The notes under the pieces are model-generated. The model searched no databases and was not told the origin of the DNA. It saw only the letters and a program-made list of their open reading frames with translations. 64,000 bases of DNA from Nemertoderma westbladi (Eukaryota; Animalia; Xenacoelomorpha). The stretch covers positions 1-64,000 of the forward strand of contig JAUCBJ010001656.1 of assembly GCA_032718475.1 (NCBI GenBank). Direction: 5' to 3'. The translations under genes and the position numbers were made by a program. Positions 60,869 to 64,000 of the stretch are shown here, piece after piece; the first letter of the stretch is position 1; each line of letters starts with the position of its first letter.

Positions 60869-61762
60869 GTATTTGTAGTTGTAGGTTCCTCCAGTTCTGC
60901 ACGAAACGTCTGTGGATGAAAAATACAGAACAAAAAATGTCCAGGACATATATTGCGAGACTTAAAGTCCGTATCCCGTAATTAACATTACAAAAATAGT
61001 TAATAGTTTAATGTCAGAGTCCGTTAGCCACTAGTGGAATCTCTCATGCTTTAAAAATGGCCAATATTCGTAAAATTGTACAAAACCATGAAAATTGTTA
61101 TGATGAAATGCCAAAGTGGAATGGATTTAAAAGTCGGCTCCTGGGCCCAATATAATATTTCATGTTATTGTCGGATGGTGAGTATCAGCTATTGCCGTGG
61201 CAACCGGTTTTTTAAAATGACCACAATGGATTCTCTGATGGCGACATTTTTAAAGCATAACTGACTCCAGATAATTTGTTGATTTGTAATGACGACTTTG
61301 TTTGTTGCATTTTATGTGTGCCTGTCTAAATCATAACGTGCTGCTAAATTATCATCATAATGTATAAAACTAATTGATTTAGATACCATCGTGTCTATAA
61401 TAGTGCCTGTAAAATATTGTATCTCAAGTCTGCAGTTTGATATATATCATTTAGTTTAGATAATTAATAATCGATTATTTTTAATGATTTTGCTTCTGTA
61501 TATTATTATATTGTTAACTAGATACTCAATATATGGGATAATTAGCTAATTATTAATTTGTTTTTCGTTTGAATTGTAGTTAAATGAGTAACCGTTACCT
61601 CTGGGGAGTATAGATAATCTTACTTTACTTGTTAACAAAATATCCAAGTTTCGAACTGCATTTTTCTATCAAAAATTAAAGCATCGGTAAAATATTAGTA
61701 TCACCAATAACTAACGAATCCTTTATATCTTTATTATTTGAATTATTTCACTATAGAAATAA

Positions 61763-61900
61763 GCAGCAGCTTGGTCTAGGGGCCAATTTACCAGACTTAC
61801 AATCAGAAGGCCTTGGTTTCCAGATGGGGGTAACACTGTTCGGGAACAGTAGTGCTTTAAATGCTTAAACCTAGGTAAATGGGAACCAAGGTAACTTAGT
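61763..61900 (+). mobile_element. Possible degenerate tRNA-derived SINE head
   Basis: A-box-like TGGTCTAGGGG, a weak B-box (ggtttccagat), then gtaaatgggaacc; similarity judged by eye only. Confidence 0.3.
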
Positions 61901-64000
61901 GTGGAAGATCAGCCAAGGTAGTGAACAGGCATTCCTTTAGGAAACAGAGTGGAAGGGTTTACTGTGGAAGATCACCCATGGTGGTCTATAGGCATTCCTT
62001 TAGGGAACAGGAAGGAAGAGTTTACTGTGGAAGATCACCCATGGTGGTGATCCGGCATTCCTTTAGAAAACAGAGTGGAAGGGTTTACTGTGGAAGATCA
62101 ACCATGGTGGTGAACAGACATTCCTTTAGGAAACAGAGTGGAAGGGTTTACTGTGGAAGATCACCCATGGTGGTGATCCGGCATTCCTTTAGAAAACAGA
62201 GTGGAAGGGTTTACTGTGGAAGATCAACCATGGTGGTGAACAGACATTCCTTTAGGAAATAGAGTGGAAGGGTTTACTGTGGAAGATCTCCCATGGTGGT
62301 TAACAGGCATTCCTTTAAGAAACAGAGTGGAAGGGTTTACTGTGGAAGATCACCCATGGTGGTGAACAGGCATTCCTTTAGGGAACAGGATGGAAGAGTT
62401 TACTGTGGAAGATCTCCCATGGTGGTTAACAGGCATTCCTTTAGGAAACAGAGTGGAAGGGTTTACTGTGGAAGATCACCCATGGTGGTGAACAGGCATT
62501 CCTTTGAAGATCACCCATGGTGGTGAACAGGCATTCCTTTAGGAAACAGAGTGGAAGGGTTTACTGTGGAAGATCACCCATGGTGGTGAACAGGCATTCC
62601 TCTAGGAAACAGAGTGGAAGGGTTTACTGTGGAAGATCACCCATGGTGGTGAACAGGCATTCCTTTAGGGAACAGAGTGGAAGGGTTTACTGTGGAAGAT
62701 CAACCATGGTGGTGAACAGACATTCCTTTAGGAAACAGAGTGGAAGGGTTTACTGTGGAAGATCTCCCATGGTGGTTAACAGGCATTCCTTTAAGAAACA
62801 GAGTGGAAGGGTTTACTGTGGAAGATCACCCATGGTGGTGAACAGGCATTCCTTTAGGGAACAGGATGGAAGAGTTTACTGTGGAAGATCTCCCATGGTG
62901 GTTAACAGGCATTCCTTTAGGAAACAGAGTGGAAGGGTTTACTGTGGAAGATCACCCATGGTGGTGAACAGGCATTCCTTTGAAGATCACCCATGGTGGT
63001 GAACAGGCATTCCTTTAGGAAACAGAGTGGAAGGGTTTACTGTGGAAGATCACCCATGGTGGTGAACAGGCATTCCTTTAGGAGACATAGTGGAAGGGTT
63101 TATTGTGGAATATCACCCATGGCGGTGAACAGGCATTCCTTTAGGAAACAGAGTGGAAGGGTTTACTGTGGAAGATCACCCATGGTGGTCTACAGGCATT
63201 CCTTTAGGGAACAGGATGGAAGAGTTTACTGTGGAAGATCACCCATGGTGGTTAACAGGCATTCCTTTAGGGAACAGGATGGAAGAGTTTACTGTGGAAG
63301 ATCTCCCATGGTGGTTAACAGGCATTCCTTTAGGAAACAGAGTGGAAGGGTTTACTGTGGAAGATCACCCATGGTGGTGAACAGGCATTCCTTTAGGTGA
63401 AGGTGGAAGGGTTTACTGTGGAAGAAAGATCACCCATGGTGGTGAACAGGCATTCCTTTATGAAACAGAGTGGAAGGGTTTACTGTGGAAGATCACCCGT
63501 GGTGGTGAACAGGCATTCCTTTAGAAAACAGAGTAGAAGGGTTTACTGTGGAAGATCACCCATGGTGGTGAACAGACATTCCTTTATGAAACAGCGTGGA
63601 AGGATTTACTGTGGAAGATCACCCGTGGTGGTGAACAGGCATTCCTTTAGAAAACAGAGTGGAAGGGTTTACTGTGGAAGATCACCCATGGTGGTGAACA
63701 GGCATTCATTTATGAAACAGAGTGGAAGGGTTTACTGTGGAAGATCACCCATGGTGGTGAACAGGCATTCATTTATGAAACAGCGTGGAAGGATTTACTG
63801 TGGAAGATCACCCGTGGTGGTGAACAGGCATTCCTTTAGAAAACAGAGTGGAAGGGTTTACTGTGGAAGATCACCCATGGTGGTGAACAGGCATTCATTT
63901 ATGAAACAGAGTGGAAGGGTTTACTGTGGAAGATCACCCGTGGTGGTGAACAGGCATTCCTTTAGAAAACAGAGTGGAATGGTTTACTGTGGAAGATCAC
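61901..64000. repeat. 63-bp minisatellite (>=33 copies, runs off the window)
   Basis: Unit gtgaacaggcattcctttaggaaacagagtggaagggtttactgtggaagatcacccatggtg. Confidence 0.95.

Noticed and set aside
60246-63400. Repetitive ORFs downstream of filamin (including the 21-aa MVVNRHSFRKQSGRVYCGRSP repeat)
   Set aside because: 14-bp and 63-bp arrays with scattered stops and frame-breaking partial units; no splice or domain support.

Overview
Animal (invertebrate-like, species not identifiable) genomic DNA. It holds the last eight coding exons of a filamin gene on the + strand (about 587 codons, Ig repeats equivalent to human filamin 19-24, stop at 60026-60028); all splice sites are GT/AG and phases are compatible. 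The introns are almost entirely mobile and repetitive DNA. These include a head-to-tail concatemer of non-autonomous Helitrons carrying a ~146-bp internal satellite (1-10937), a decayed CRE-like RLE non-LTR retrotransposon, RTE- and CR1/L2-type LINE fragments, and many minisatellites. There is also a 19.2-kb near-intact BEL/Pao LTR retrotransposon (24850-44018) with 2.19-kb LTRs and a 5-bp TSD. Two things stand out. (1) About half of the filamin splice junctions seed tandem arrays whose unit spans the exon/intron boundary, producing up to ~230 decoy splice sites; one 4.7-kb intron is built almost entirely from copies of its own donor and acceptor. (2) The BEL/Pao element carries, in the env position, a 1235-aa ORF with no env features but with a WRN/RNase D-like DEDDy 3'-5' exonuclease signature and three CCHC zinc knuckles. 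The element also lacks a canonical tRNA primer-binding site. All family assignments are by eye from motifs; no database search was run.
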